Source: a virus (taxonomy: Duplodnaviria > Caudoviricetes). Taken from it: DNA of 48,272 nt. Numbering within the stretch: position 1 is the stretch's first letter; every line of letters starts with the position of its first letter. The notes beneath the pieces were generated by a model. That model saw nothing but the letters and a program-made list of their open reading frames with translations, was not told the DNA's origin and did not search any database. The stretch covers positions 1 to 48,272 of IMG/VR virus record IMGVR_UViG_3300037484_000394; one strand, written 5' to 3'. Positions 8,672 through 18,025 of the stretch are shown here, piece after piece. A program made the position numbers and the translations under genes.

Positions 8672-9598
8672 TCACAGCCGCCAGTTTTCGACTGGCGACG
8701 CAGTGCGGTGCGCGGCCTGCACGTCGGCTCTGGCGATGTCGAGATAGTGGCGCACCATGTCCAACGTGGAGTGGCCGAGAATCTTTTGCAGGGTGAACAC
8801 GTCGCCACCATTGCGGAGGTAGTTGATGGCAAAGGTATGCCGCAGCCGATGGGGGTGCACATCCTGGACGCCGGCGCGTTTGCCAATTCCGACGATGAGA
8901 TGACACAATTCGTCGCGGCGCAGGGGGGCACCAGTGCGGGTGAGGATGAGGGGAGTGTTGAGCCGGTCTTCAGGACGTGTACGGAGGTAGCGCCAAATGG
9001 CCTGGCCTGTGCGCGGGCCGAATGGAACTTGGCGCTCCTTGTCGCCCTTGCCCATCACGACGAGATATTGATCGGGCAGGTTCACGTCTTTGACGAGCAG
9101 ACTGCATAGCTCTTCGGCGCGAATGCCGGTGTCGAGCAGGATGAGGATGATGGCGCGATTCCGGCCGGCGGTACCAAGACTATGTTGACATTCGCGCTTG
9201 CCAGGTCGAGCGTAGGCGCGGGAGTGGTCGAGGGATTTCAGGATGGCCTCGACCTCGGATTGGGAAAGGGGAACTATGGCGCGCTCTTCGGGGTGGGGAG
9301 GGTCAATTGAACGGACCAGGTTGCCGTTGACAAGACCCTCACGATCAGCCCATTTCCACAAGGCAGAGAGGCCCGTGTGGTAGTTGAGTAGTGTTTTGTT
9401 CGAGACGTGTGTCTGGGAGGCAAGAAAACTTTGCACCTGGTCAGCGGTGATCTCGGCGATGAGCGGGTCATGGCCTAGATAGACTTGAAGTTTGCGGTAG
9501 GTGTTTGTGTAGTCGGCAAGGGTGTGCGCGCTCAGCCGGCGTGCCTGAGCATAGAGTGTGTAGCCTTCGATGGCTTCTGAGAATGTGATGCGATCCAT
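8672..9598 (-). CDS. int: Tyrosine integrase (XerC/D-like)
   Basis: TGIRAEE, GKGDKER, HPHRLRHTFA, LGH...Y; adjacent to a tRNA fragment. Confidence 0.93.
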   Translation of the reverse strand: MDRITFSEAIEGYTLYAQARRLSAHTLADYTNTYRKLQVYLGHDPLIAEITADQVQSFLASQTHVSNKTLLNYHTGLSALWKWADREGLVNGNLVRSIDPPHPEERAIVPLSQSEVEAILKSLDHSRAYARPGKRECQHSLGTAGRNRAIILILLDTGIRAEELCSLLVKDVNLPDQYLVVMGKGDKERQVPFGPRTGQAIWRYLRTRPEDRLNTPLILTRTGAPLRRDELCHLIVGIGKRAGVQDVHPHRLRHTFAINYLRNGGDVFTLQKILGHSTLDMVRHYLDIARADVQAAHRTASPVENWRL

Positions 9599-9776
9599 GT
9601 GACCTCCGGTTCAAAATTGCCTGGACACATAATCCGAAATGCGGGTAAGATAATTGTCCAGAGTCTTTTTTTTGATGCCGAAGGGCAAAGCCGTGTGGGC
9701 AATGGTCGTGGATGAACGAGCCATTTCCCAACGGATGACCACATGGATAGGGAACCTGAGTAACCGTGTGGCGAAA

Positions 9777-9820
9777 GGTGGGCGGTATAGGGCTCGAACC
9801 TACGACCTCACGGATGTCAA
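9777..9820 (-). other. attP core: 3' half of tRNA-Val(GAC)
   Basis: Minus strand TTGACAT-CCGTG-AGGTC-GTAGGTTCGAGCCCTAT-ACCGCCC-ACC = anticodon loop, T arm and acceptor 3' strand. Confidence 0.85.
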
Positions 9821-9969
9821 AAGTGTGAGGTATTTGGATGACCATTGCACACACGGATGCCTGCCACGGCTGTCCGTGTGATTGTCGGTAGGGCTATCCG
9901 TGTGACGGTTGGTGTCTCAATGCCCTGACGGGCATTTGTGGTTTTTTCACCTGAAACCCTACCTTGGGC

Positions 9970-9997
9970 GGGACACATAATCCTTATTATGAGACAT
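9970..9997 (-). other. dif-like site (minus strand ATGTCTCATAA-TAAGGA-TTATGTGTCCC)
   Basis: Matches the consensus. Confidence 0.75.
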
Positions 9998-10017
9998 GCG
10001 TGAAAGGAGACATCTCT

Positions 10018-10326
10018 ATGGTAGACCTGATCCGCGGTGGCACCATCAAATATCCAGACGGGCACACGATTACGCTGCCCCCGAATTCACAGCGCGTATT
10101 CGGCTCGATCTGGCACAATGGTGCTTTCGTCGAAGTCTTGTTTTACGAACAGCCCCAGCCTCATCAGAATGTCTCGGATCGAATCCACTTGCTGATCACC
10201 CCGGCCAAGGGAAAGTGCAGGGGATGGTTGATGAACGTCGAAGACGCAATCGCCATCATCCGAGGGTTATCGGTCGCCATCACCCAGGCGCTCGAGCAGG
10301 ACATCCCCGTCAAGCCTCCAGACTAG
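10018..10326 (+). CDS. Hypothetical protein
   Basis: AAGGAG RBS before ATG 10018. Confidence 0.6.
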   Translation: MVDLIRGGTIKYPDGHTITLPPNSQRVFGSIWHNGAFVEVLFYEQPQPHQNVSDRIHLLITPAKGKCRGWLMNVEDAIAIIRGLSVAITQALEQDIPVKPPD

Positions 10327-10332
10327 CCCGGG

Positions 10333-10569
10333 TTACTTTTTGTCCTTCGGTGGTATGGGATCATGCCCGTGACTATCTGAGCTCTGAATGGTCCCATCTT
10401 TCCCGTGGATGACCAATTCTGTCCCTTGATTTTGGCTGACCTTGCGCCCATAGTCTATGGCAGCCTGCTTGGTATCGGAATGTTTTGAAGCTCTGTCGGC
10501 TCCGCCTTTTTTGACATCCCATCCGCCACCTGGGCTTGGAACGACGTGATGTGATTTCCGTGGAGGCAT
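10333..10569 (-). CDS. DUF2188-family protein
   Basis: HHVVP..GGWDVKK.G..RAS...TKQAAI...ELVIHGKDG.IQ..DSHG.DP.PPK signature. Confidence 0.85.
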   Translation of the reverse strand: MPPRKSHHVVPSPGGGWDVKKGGADRASKHSDTKQAAIDYGRKVSQNQGTELVIHGKDGTIQSSDSHGHDPIPPKDKK

Positions 10570-10587
10570 ATAGATTCTCCTTGTTCA

Positions 10588-10612
10588 GGGCGACCGCGAG
10601 GGTCGCCCCTAC
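10588..10612 (-). repeat. GTAG-type REP family B (GTAGGGGCG...CGCCC), about 9 copies
   Basis: Other copies near 3857, 11469, 12866, 30033, 35555, 36121, 42046 and 43461; all carry GTAG on the minus strand. Confidence 0.85.
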
Positions 10613-11403
10613 GGTTTTAGGGACAGACGCAGCCGGGCGCGACGTTGCAGGTCTTGTCCAGCGTATCTGTAATCTTCACATGCTATGCCGTTGTTGTTCT
10701 GATCCAATCTGAATACGTCAATGGTGGGACCACCGCAATGCTCAAAGCAAACTTGCGCTTGCGCCTGACTGGCGAAGTCCGAGCAATTGAGTATATCGCC
10801 AGCGGAGCAGATGCAATTTGCTGGAATTGAAACACTCGTTCCCGTTGGCCGTGGCGTCCACGTTGGGCGCGGTGTTGATGTTGGCCACGGAGTTGAAGTT
10901 GGCCATGGCGTCCATGTGGGGCGCGGTGTTGATGTAGACCATGGTGTAAATGTTGGCCGTGGCGTAAAGGTTGCATTGGGTGTCAATGTTGTCGGCGCCA
11001 TCATGGGCTGTGCTGGCTGGCTGGTGGCCATGGCGCTTGAAATAGCGCGGGATGTGGAGCTGGGGGTGGCGATGACCGGTGCCGGCAGGGTGACGGTTGG
11101 CTTGGGCGTTGGCGTGGCTGGCGACCTGGTTGGCGATGGCACTGGAGACTGTATCAGTATCGCTGGCTGCGGCGGGTTGGTTGGCAATGATGGCGCGAGC
11201 TGCGTTTCTGTGGGCGGCGCTGGCAGCGCTGCGTTGGTCGGACGGTACGAGCGGGTGATGATGTAGGGATTGGTTGGTGCGACGGCGGCGGCGGGGGAAC
11301 GGACGGAGTTGGCCAGGGCGGCGCCAAGGACGGCCAGGCCGCAGCAGAGTGGCACGACGATGAGCAGGACGGCCGCGAGGTTGTACAGGCCCAGGCGTTT
11401 CAC
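10609..11403 (-). CDS. Membrane-anchored Pro/Thr-rich protein with C-terminal Excalibur-like Ca-binding domain
   Basis: N-terminal TM, TPRPTWTP repeats, NCSDF...LDQNNNGIACE. Confidence 0.75.
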   Translation of the reverse strand: MKRLGLYNLAAVLLIVVPLCCGLAVLGAALANSVRSPAAAVAPTNPYIITRSYRPTNAALPAPPTETQLAPSLPTNPPQPAILIQSPVPSPTRSPATPTPKPTVTLPAPVIATPSSTSRAISSAMATSQPAQPMMAPTTLTPNATFTPRPTFTPWSTSTPRPTWTPWPTSTPWPTSTPRPTWTPRPTGTSVSIPANCICSAGDILNCSDFASQAQAQVCFEHCGGPTIDVFRLDQNNNGIACEDYRYAGQDLQRRARLRLSLKP

Positions 11404-11488
11404 ATGAGGCCCCCTACCCCATTGGCGGAGTCCTTTGATGTTTGCATAGCGTTATCGCTATGCGAGGGAGGGCGCGTGCCACGCGCCC

Positions 11489-11656
11489 CTACCCGATGAT
11501 GTGCATGGCGGGCATGGGAAAGTACCACACGCGGCTGCCGGAGCGCCAGCGCATGGAGAGCATGATGTTGCGCAGGATGTACAGATCCTCGATACATAGT
11601 TGCGCCAAGATGGCGGCGAATTCGGCCTCTCTTTCAGATACCCACTTTCTTCCCAC
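11489..11656 (-). CDS. Small hypothetical protein (55 aa, MGRKWVSEREAEF...)
   Basis: GTG start with AAGGA RBS; overlaps the repressor end; stop codon lies in a REP GTAG. Confidence 0.45.
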   Translation of the reverse strand: MGRKWVSEREAEFAAILAQLCIEDLYILRNIMLSMRWRSGSRVWYFPMPAMHIIG

Positions 11657-12017
11657 GCGATTCCTTCTTCCGACGCTCCAGCTTGAGGCGGGCCAATTGC
11701 AGCAATTCCTCTTGGTCGCTTACGCTCAAGTCTGGAACGATGTGGAGCATTTCATCTACGACGGCGCCGCGTTGGCGCTCCTCGGCAGACGTGGGCAATA
11801 GCTCCAGCCTTTTGAGTACGATTTCTGGGGGAAGATCTAACGCTTGGGAAATGGCTACTCCTGCGTCCCATCCGATGCCACGCTCACCACTGCGGGCTTT
11901 GCTGATGACTGAATGAGACAAACCTGCTTTTTTTGAAAGTTGACTATCAGTCAAATCTAAATCTTTCAGATGAGAATCGAGCCACGGGAAAAATGAGGAA
12001 GGTGTTTGTTTACTCAT
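11634..12017 (-). CDS. XRE-family HTH repressor (CI-like)
   Basis: LTDSQLSKKAGLSHSVISKARSG helix-turn-helix; divergent from the Cro-like gene. Confidence 0.85.
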   Translation of the reverse strand: MSKQTPSSFFPWLDSHLKDLDLTDSQLSKKAGLSHSVISKARSGERGIGWDAGVAISQALDLPPEIVLKRLELLPTSAEERQRGAVVDEMLHIVPDLSVSDQEELLQLARLKLERRKKESRGKKVGI

Positions 12018-12079
12018 AGATGTTCTAGTAGACAATTATGTCTCACTTGTCGGAGTCTTATGACTCTCAAAATTGCCTA

Positions 12080-12109
12080 TTGACACGGATATATATATTG
12101 TGGTAGAAT
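12080..12109 (+). promoter_or_regulatory. Rightward early promoter TTGACA-18-TAGAAT in the immunity region
   Basis: Consensus elements; CGGAGTCTT and GTAGACAA each occur on both sides (possible operators). Confidence 0.65.
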
Positions 12110-12152
12110 GTGTCTGTAGACAAGTTACGGAGTCTTTAGAACGAGGCGAGAA

Positions 12153-12443
12153 ATGGCAAAGATAAAAGCTCTAACCCCCAAAGAGGCCCTGGTTCAGTGG
12201 GCCAAGCAAAACGGGATTACGCCCGCCAAGCTTTCTGAGAAGACCGGCTATAGCTATATGCACTGCTGGTCTTTGTTGCGGGGGGACACGGTTATCACGG
12301 CCGGGACGCTGGGCTGGCTGACGCTTGCATTTGGAGCAGAGTCGGTGGCCGAGATCGCCGAGGCGATGAGGGCGGAGATGCCGTTCGTTTCGGCCGCGCC
12401 GAACGAGAAGAAGGGGACCGGTCCGTTGGGTGGAAAGCGGTAG
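12153..12443 (+). CDS. Cro-like HTH protein
   Basis: ITPAKLSEKTGYSYMHCWSLLRG helix-turn-helix; position opposite the repressor. Confidence 0.75.
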   Translation: MAKIKALTPKEALVQWAKQNGITPAKLSEKTGYSYMHCWSLLRGDTVITAGTLGWLTLAFGAESVAEIAEAMRAEMPFVSAAPNEKKGTGPLGGKR

Positions 12444-12498
12444 GAGCCCCTCATCCCCTGCCCTTCTCCCAAAGGGAGAAGGGGGGACGGAGTGATTC

Positions 12499-12858
12499 AT
12501 GTCACACGCAACTGAGTTACTTATATGGGGTCTGGTGGCGCACCTGGTGGCCGATTGGTTGTTTCAGAATGATTGGATGGCCGTTCACAAGTGCAATCTG
12601 AATCATCCGGCCGCATGGGTACATGGCGGTATCCACGTTTTGGCCCTTCTGTTCGTTTTCCCGGCGCCGGTGGCGGTTATGCTGGGGATGGCGCATGTGG
12701 TCATTGACACTCGCAAGCCGTTGACCTGGTGGCGTGTGGCGATCAGGCAGATCAACGATAGCACGGTGCAGTCGTGGACGATCAGCGTGTGGAACGATCA
12801 GGCGCTGCATATTGCGTTGATCGCGGTGGCGGCGATGATGGTGGCAAGGTTGGGTTGA
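12499..12858 (+). CDS. DUF3307-like membrane protein
   Basis: AHLVADWLFQ..WMA, H..IH, H..ID and DQALH motifs. Confidence 0.8.
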   Translation: MSHATELLIWGLVAHLVADWLFQNDWMAVHKCNLNHPAAWVHGGIHVLALLFVFPAPVAVMLGMAHVVIDTRKPLTWWRVAIRQINDSTVQSWTISVWNDQALHIALIAVAAMMVARLG

Positions 12859-12900
12859 TAGAAATGGGGCGCATGACCATGCGCCCCTACGGGGGAAACA

Positions 12901-13233
12901 ATGGAAATGATCATGTTGAATGGGACGCAAGCACTCAACCTGGACCAAGTGGTTGACATGAAATACACTCCAGAGCATGAAGGTGATCAAGATACTGAAT
13001 ACTTTGATCAGGAAACTGGCAAGATGGTGAGTGGCTCTGTTCATCATCATTTTGCATCCAGACTTGAAATCACGACGGCGGCGGTCAAGTTCGAGACGCA
13101 AGAGTATGACTATAGCCAGTTCCATGCTGTCGGTGGGTGTGCGAGTAAGGTCATCGTTCTGATGGGAGAAGATGCCGACATTGTATGGAAGTACATTGAA
13201 TCCCGTTGCGAGGCTCCGATATTGGAGGCATGA
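12901..13233 (+). CDS. Hypothetical protein
   Basis: ORF within the early operon. Confidence 0.6.
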   Translation: MEMIMLNGTQALNLDQVVDMKYTPEHEGDQDTEYFDQETGKMVSGSVHHHFASRLEITTAAVKFETQEYDYSQFHAVGGCASKVIVLMGEDADIVWKYIESRCEAPILEA

Positions 13234-13506
13234 ATGCACACGACGTTGATGGCTCGAATATTTTTGGATACGCTCGCGTTGCTGGAGGCGGAGGTTGACA
13301 CGCCACAGAAGGCAGAGGAGTTCAAGGCGTTTGTGTTCGAGTCGGCGGAGGGCGAGCTGGCGTTGAAGGCGCTGGAAAGGACGCTGGGGTTGGCGTTGGT
13401 TCCAGCCGAGGTGGTGACTCAGCATTGGGAGTTCGGGCCGGTGAGCGTTGATCGAATGGATGCTATTTGGGCCGATGGGTGGAATTTTAAGGTGGGATTG
13501 GCATGA
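13234..13506 (+). CDS. Hypothetical protein
   Basis: GGAGG RBS; coupled to neighbouring genes. Confidence 0.6.
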   Translation: MHTTLMARIFLDTLALLEAEVDTPQKAEEFKAFVFESAEGELALKALERTLGLALVPAEVVTQHWEFGPVSVDRMDAIWADGWNFKVGLA

Positions 13507-14177
13507 ATAAAAAACGTGTTCTTGCATTGGTAGCCGGTCTGGCGGTGTTGATGGTTGAATGTGGCTGTCTGACTGTGATGGCTTTTGGGCCGGGAACAAC
13601 GGCGTTGAAGACATCGGCGCCGAGGGCAGCAGCATTGAGGACGGCAACGCCGAGGATAGTGGAGACGGACACTGTCACCCTGGTGACCATGGTTGTTGCT
13701 GCTAGAACTGCTACAGCACTCCCCACTGTTATCATTAGTGCGACGCCTATGCCAGTTGTTGTGGTGGTGACGGCGGCGCCGAGCACGGCAGCGTTGAAGA
13801 CGGTGACGCCGAGGGCAACGGCGACAATGATGAGAGTTGATGATCCGAGCAGCACGCCTTTGAGCACGATCTCTGCTCTTGGGCCAACGGCGGGACCAAC
13901 CACGATTCCGACGTGGACATGGACGCCGACCGCCATTCCAACATGGACGCCGACGATGACGTTTACTCCCATGCCGACGTGGACTATGACGCCAACACGA
14001 ACGCCGACACCAACGTGGACGCTGGTGCCAACTGCAACCCGGACACGCAGGCCAACGGTTACACGCCCGGCCCCGGCGACTTTGGCATGGCCGTGCCCGA
14101 CTTGTTCGCCTTTGACGACGCCATGCTCACCTTTGCCAACGCCGACGCCATTTCAATCGCCATTGGCGCTGCCATGA
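13503..14177 (+). CDS. Exported or membrane Pro/Thr-rich protein
   Basis: Signal/TM N-terminus and TPTWT repeats. Confidence 0.6.
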   Translation: MNKKRVLALVAGLAVLMVECGCLTVMAFGPGTTALKTSAPRAAALRTATPRIVETDTVTLVTMVVAARTATALPTVIISATPMPVVVVVTAAPSTAALKTVTPRATATMMRVDDPSSTPLSTISALGPTAGPTTIPTWTWTPTAIPTWTPTMTFTPMPTWTMTPTRTPTPTWTLVPTATRTRRPTVTRPAPATLAWPCPTCSPLTTPCSPLPTPTPFQSPLALP

Positions 14178-14527
14178 GCCATTGGTACAAGTTTGCGGAG
14201 GTTATGATGCCAGTGCAATATCTGGAAGAAGCGTTGAAGTTGGTCGAGCAACGGCGGGCAGAGTTGGAGGAGGATATTGAGTTGTTGACGGGGATCCCGG
14301 GGCAGGTGGAGGTTCATTTTCACGACACGATGAAGGATCCACACAAGTTGGCGCACGCAGCGGTCAGGATTGGATGGAAGATGCGGCGGGCATGGTCAGA
14401 TCGGAAGTTGGTGGTTGTAAGCCATCCGAACAGCAGGATGAGGATTTATCTGGGTTATCCCATGGGCAGGGCCGCCCCTATCGAGCAGACATGCGCTTGG
14501 GCAGAGCGCAAGCTGCGTTCACTGTGA
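14174..14527 (+). CDS. Hypothetical protein
   Basis: ATGA overlap with the upstream stop codon. Confidence 0.6.
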   Translation: MSHWYKFAEVMMPVQYLEEALKLVEQRRAELEEDIELLTGIPGQVEVHFHDTMKDPHKLAHAAVRIGWKMRRAWSDRKLVVVSHPNSRMRIYLGYPMGRAAPIEQTCAWAERKLRSL

Positions 14528-14577
14528 GCGGGCACAGAAGATAGGCGGCGGCCCTGAGTTCTTTTGAGGTAATCACC

Positions 14578-14646
14578 ATGTTATTCATAATCGCAGCGTT
14601 CGTCATTACGTTGGTCATTGCACTTTTGGTGGGCGTTGAAGCATAG
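14578..14646 (+). CDS. Possible 22-aa hydrophobic peptide (MLFIIAAFVITLVIALLVGVEA)
   Basis: GAGGT RBS; single TM segment. Confidence 0.3.
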   Translation: MLFIIAAFVITLVIALLVGVEA

Positions 14647-14651
14647 AACGC

Positions 14652-14695
14652 AGATTCTTCGGGCCTGACGCAGAGCGCAGGCCCTCAGAATGACA
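14652..14695 (+). repeat. REP-like family C (AGATTCTTCGGG...CCCTCAGAATGACA), 4 copies
   Basis: Other copies at 36473-36512, 38710-38749 and 46078-46122, all in the same orientation. Confidence 0.85.
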
Positions 14696-14702
14696 AAAAT
14701 TT

Positions 14703-15827
14703 ATGGACATCAACACGATCATCCCTAAACCGAATGATATAACCCTGCTAGGCGAGCAATCAGTTGCGGCACTGTTCCCTGGCGTTCGGGTGGAGGTGGG
14801 GGAATTCACGCCAACGCGCAGGCCGCCGACTCTGGACGACCTGGTGCACGCATGGGATTCTTCAAAGGCGGCGTGGCTGGCCAGCCACGAATCGGAGAAC
14901 ACGCGGAACACGTACAGCGCGGCGGTCGAGGCGTTCTTCAAGTGGAGCGCCAAGTACCCGTGGGCGGTGGGGCGCGTGGATGCGTTGGGGTGGAAGGAGC
15001 ACCTGGCGGAGATAGGGCAAAAGCCGGCGACGGTGAATTTGAAGCTGGCGGCGCTCAGCTCGTATTTTGAGTTTGCGGAGAACGATTACGCAGTGATGGA
15101 CGCAGAAGGGCGCGAGATCCCGCTGCACCACGACCCCCACGGCCAGGCGGCAGCAAACCCGTTCGGGCGGGTGAAGCGGATGCAGGTGAAGGAGACGAAC
15201 CGGCGCAAGCATTTGAACGGTGAGCAGGCGTTGGCGCTGTTGGATGCGGTGAACCAGAACACGCTTTCCGGGAAGCGGGACTTTGCGCTGATGCGGCTGA
15301 TGCTCTACACCGGTTATCGGAACACTGAGGCGAGGACGCTCAAGTGGGGCAACCTGGTGTTTGAGGCCGGCAAGGTGTTTCACTTTTGGGTGGGCAAGGG
15401 CGGCAAGGAGAACAAGGAACAGATCGCGCCGCCGGCGTGGGAGGCGGTCGAGGCTTATTTGCGTGCAGGCAGCCGCTGGGATACGATGCAACCGGATGAT
15501 TACATTTTTACGCCGCTGACGGATATGACACTGCGGCTGGGCAAGATCGCGCCGGAAGATTGGGATCGCAATCATCCGCTTTCGATCAAGGAAGTTGGTC
15601 GGATCGTGAAGCGGTATGCTAAACGCGCAGGGTTGAATGAGAAGGAGATCCACCCGCACACGCTGCGGCACAGCCTGGCGATGAATATGCGGGCGGTCGG
15701 GTTCAAGTTGGAAGAGGTGGCGGAGAAACTGCACCACTCGAACATCGAGACGACACGGATTTACGATCACCAGGATGGCAGCGATGACGTGACGTGGCAG
15801 ACGCTGCAAAGCAGGTTCAAGTGGTAA
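14703..15827 (+). CDS. Second tyrosine recombinase (Xer-like, with N-terminal core-binding domain)
   Basis: SENTRNTY, TGYRNTEA, GKGGK, HPHTLRHS, LHHS..TTRIY. Confidence 0.9.
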   Translation: MDINTIIPKPNDITLLGEQSVAALFPGVRVEVGEFTPTRRPPTLDDLVHAWDSSKAAWLASHESENTRNTYSAAVEAFFKWSAKYPWAVGRVDALGWKEHLAEIGQKPATVNLKLAALSSYFEFAENDYAVMDAEGREIPLHHDPHGQAAANPFGRVKRMQVKETNRRKHLNGEQALALLDAVNQNTLSGKRDFALMRLMLYTGYRNTEARTLKWGNLVFEAGKVFHFWVGKGGKENKEQIAPPAWEAVEAYLRAGSRWDTMQPDDYIFTPLTDMTLRLGKIAPEDWDRNHPLSIKEVGRIVKRYAKRAGLNEKEIHPHTLRHSLAMNMRAVGFKLEEVAEKLHHSNIETTRIYDHQDGSDDVTWQTLQSRFKW

Positions 15828-15917
15828 GCCCTTCGACAGGCTCAGGGCAAGCCCTCATCCCCCACCCCTGCCCCTCCCCCGCGTGACGCTTCGCGCGCGC
15901 AGGAGAGGGGAGAAAAT

Positions 15918-15945
15918 CGGGGACATAATTGGTCTTATGTGTTGA
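15918..15945 (+). other. dif-like site CGGGGACATAA-TTGGTC-TTATGTGTTGA
   Basis: Matches the consensus; just downstream of recombinase 2. Confidence 0.7.
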
Positions 15946-16015
15946 GGGGTGGTGTTGAGGTTGGTAAGGTGCGGGGTTGTTCAATAGATAAAGGGTAGCA
16001 CAAAACGGGGAGTTT

Positions 16016-16336
16016 GTGACAATGTTTGAGAATCTGGTGTGGAAATTGGTCTACCTGGCGCTGGTGTCGGCAGCGATCACCATTGAGCACAAGCGGTTTG
16101 CGCGGCTGTGGAAGCGTTACGAGCGTGCGCGTTGGACGATGGGGGTGGCGACGGTGCTTGGCCTGGCTGCTCCCCTGGCCATGGCTGGTTGGATGGATTG
16201 GGAGACGTGGTGCTGGTTGCTGGCTGGGTTCGGCATGGCCGGCGCGGTGACGACTCTGTTGTACCTGAATGAGGGGGCCAATGTCAACACCATTGCTCGA
16301 AGAGCCATCCGCAAGGCAGATCAGACTTCCAAATGA
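16016..16336 (+). CDS. Hypothetical membrane protein
   Basis: About 3 hydrophobic segments. Confidence 0.6.
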   Translation: MTMFENLVWKLVYLALVSAAITIEHKRFARLWKRYERARWTMGVATVLGLAAPLAMAGWMDWETWCWLLAGFGMAGAVTTLLYLNEGANVNTIARRAIRKADQTSK

Positions 16337-16550
16337 TGAATTGGATTTCCTGGAAGATCTGACGGCGTTGGCCGTTGGGATCATTCGGGATGTGAAGCAG
16401 CTTTCGTTTTGGATTGACGACCCGGACGAGTACGAGATCGGGATGAGTATCATGCACCAGGCGCTCAGGTTGAGGAGCCAGGTGATTGAGTGGAAGGCGA
16501 AACGGCGGGGGGAACGACCATCCGCAAGGAAAGAAAGGAAACCATCATGA
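16281..16550 (+). CDS. Hypothetical protein
   Basis: GAGGG RBS; ATGA overlap with the next gene. Confidence 0.55.
   Translation: MSTPLLEEPSARQIRLPNDELDFLEDLTALAVGIIRDVKQLSFWIDDPDEYEIGMSIMHQALRLRSQVIEWKAKRRGERPSARKERKPS
16452..16515 (+). repeat. 64-bp direct repeat (copy 2 at 17439-17502)
   Basis: Identical ATGCACCAGGCGCTC...GGCGGGGGGAAC on both sides of one gene. Confidence 0.9.
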
Positions 16551-17434
16551 AACAATGCTACATCGAAAAGGATTTCAACGCATCCAGCCTTTTGGTCATA
16601 AATCAGGCTAACGCTGTCTTGGAAGAATATCGCGCGATGGGGTACGTCTTGACCTTGCGCCAACTCTACTACCAACTCGTCGCGCGTGGTCACATCGAAA
16701 ACAATATGAAATCGTACAAACGGGTTGGCTCAATTGTCTCCGATGCGCGCCTGGCGGGACTGATTGACTGGAGCATGATCGAGGACAGAGGCCGCGAGGT
16801 AGTCACGCCGCCCCACTGGAACAGTCCCGCAGAAATCGTGGAGGCAGCAGCGCGCCAGTTCGCTATTGATAAGTGGGCCGACCAAACTTACCACGTCGAA
16901 GTGATGGTTGAGAAGCAGGCGCTTGAAGGCGTCTTGATTCCAGTGTGCAGAGAACTCGATATTGCCTTCACAGCCAACCGTGGCTATAGCTCGTCGTCTG
17001 CAATGCGCGAGGCCGGTCTTCGCATCATGCAGAAACTAGGCGACGGAAAAGAGGTTGCCATCTTTTACATGGGCGACCATGACCCATCGGGCATGGACAT
17101 GACGCGCGACGTGCGCGAGCGATTAGGACTGTTCGCGGAGACGACCGTTGTCAAGGTAGATCGCCTGGCGCTGAACTATGACCAGATTGAGGTGCTCAAC
17201 CCTCCGGAAAACCCGGCAAAGACCACAGATAGCCGGGCAGAGGCTTACATTGCAGAGTTTGGGGAAAGCTCATGGGAATTGGACGCCATTGAGCCGCGCG
17301 CCTTAGCCGACTTGGTGCGGCAAGCTACACTCGAGCTTCGCGATGAGAGACTTTGGAACAGAAATATCAAAGAGGAAGCGAGGATGAAAAAAGCGTTGAT
17401 GAACTTTGCGGCCACCTACGAGCAAGAGGACTAA
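16547..17434 (+). CDS. Topoisomerase VI-A/Spo11-like winged-helix plus Toprim protein
   Basis: TLRQLYY, VEKQAL, RGYSS, GDHDPSG and WELDA motifs. Confidence 0.8.
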   Translation: MKQCYIEKDFNASSLLVINQANAVLEEYRAMGYVLTLRQLYYQLVARGHIENNMKSYKRVGSIVSDARLAGLIDWSMIEDRGREVVTPPHWNSPAEIVEAAARQFAIDKWADQTYHVEVMVEKQALEGVLIPVCRELDIAFTANRGYSSSSAMREAGLRIMQKLGDGKEVAIFYMGDHDPSGMDMTRDVRERLGLFAETTVVKVDRLALNYDQIEVLNPPENPAKTTDSRAEAYIAEFGESSWELDAIEPRALADLVRQATLELRDERLWNRNIKEEARMKKALMNFAATYEQED

Positions 17435-17537
17435 CTTTATGCACCAGGCGCTCAGGTTGAGGAGCCAGGTGATTGAGTGGAAGGCGAAACGGCGGGGGGA
17501 ACAATCCCCAAAGAAGAGAAGAAAGGAAGATAGGGAG

Positions 17538-17942
17538 ATGAGCGAAAACACAAGCGACAAAATCGGTGTACCGGCGATTGTAGGCTTGTTTGGGCACAGT
17601 ACGATCGCCGGATATGTGTCGGCGGATACGATGTTCGGGGAATCCCTACTGCGGATTGATGTGCCGGCCACAAGCAAGCAGCCAGCGTTCACGCGGCACT
17701 ATGGGGTGAAGGCTGTGTATGAGATTGATTGGTGCAGCGAGGAGGTGATGGTGGCGGCGGCGGAACATGCGCAGGTGCGGCCGATCAATGTGTACGTGCC
17801 ATTGCTGGTGTCGAGAGAGGCGCATGAGCGCGCCTTGGCCGAGATGCGGGAATATATCGAGCAGTTGCGCAAGGGGTTGCCGGAGCCGGATCGGTTGGGG
17901 GATGAATCCGATGATGAGGATGACGACGAGGTGCCATTCTAG
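17538..17942 (+). CDS. Phage hypothetical protein (LFGH..IAG motif)
   Basis: RBS present; acidic tail ending EVPF. Confidence 0.65.
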   Translation: MSENTSDKIGVPAIVGLFGHSTIAGYVSADTMFGESLLRIDVPATSKQPAFTRHYGVKAVYEIDWCSEEVMVAAAEHAQVRPINVYVPLLVSREAHERALAEMREYIEQLRKGLPEPDRLGDESDDEDDDEVPF

Positions 17943-18025
17943 CCGTGATGAAGCCGAGTGGATGGCATGGCATGAATCGAATCGTCATAGTCGGGCTGGG
18001 CGCGGCTAAAGTCCGGACGTTAAAA

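Noticed and set aside
9777-9850. Complete tRNA gene
   Set aside because: No D arm or 5' acceptor strand upstream on the minus strand; only the 3' half is present.
11400-11597. 65-aa minus-strand ORF from the supplied track
   Set aside because: It runs through a REP; the alternative frame 11489-11656 has an RBS and a more protein-like composition.
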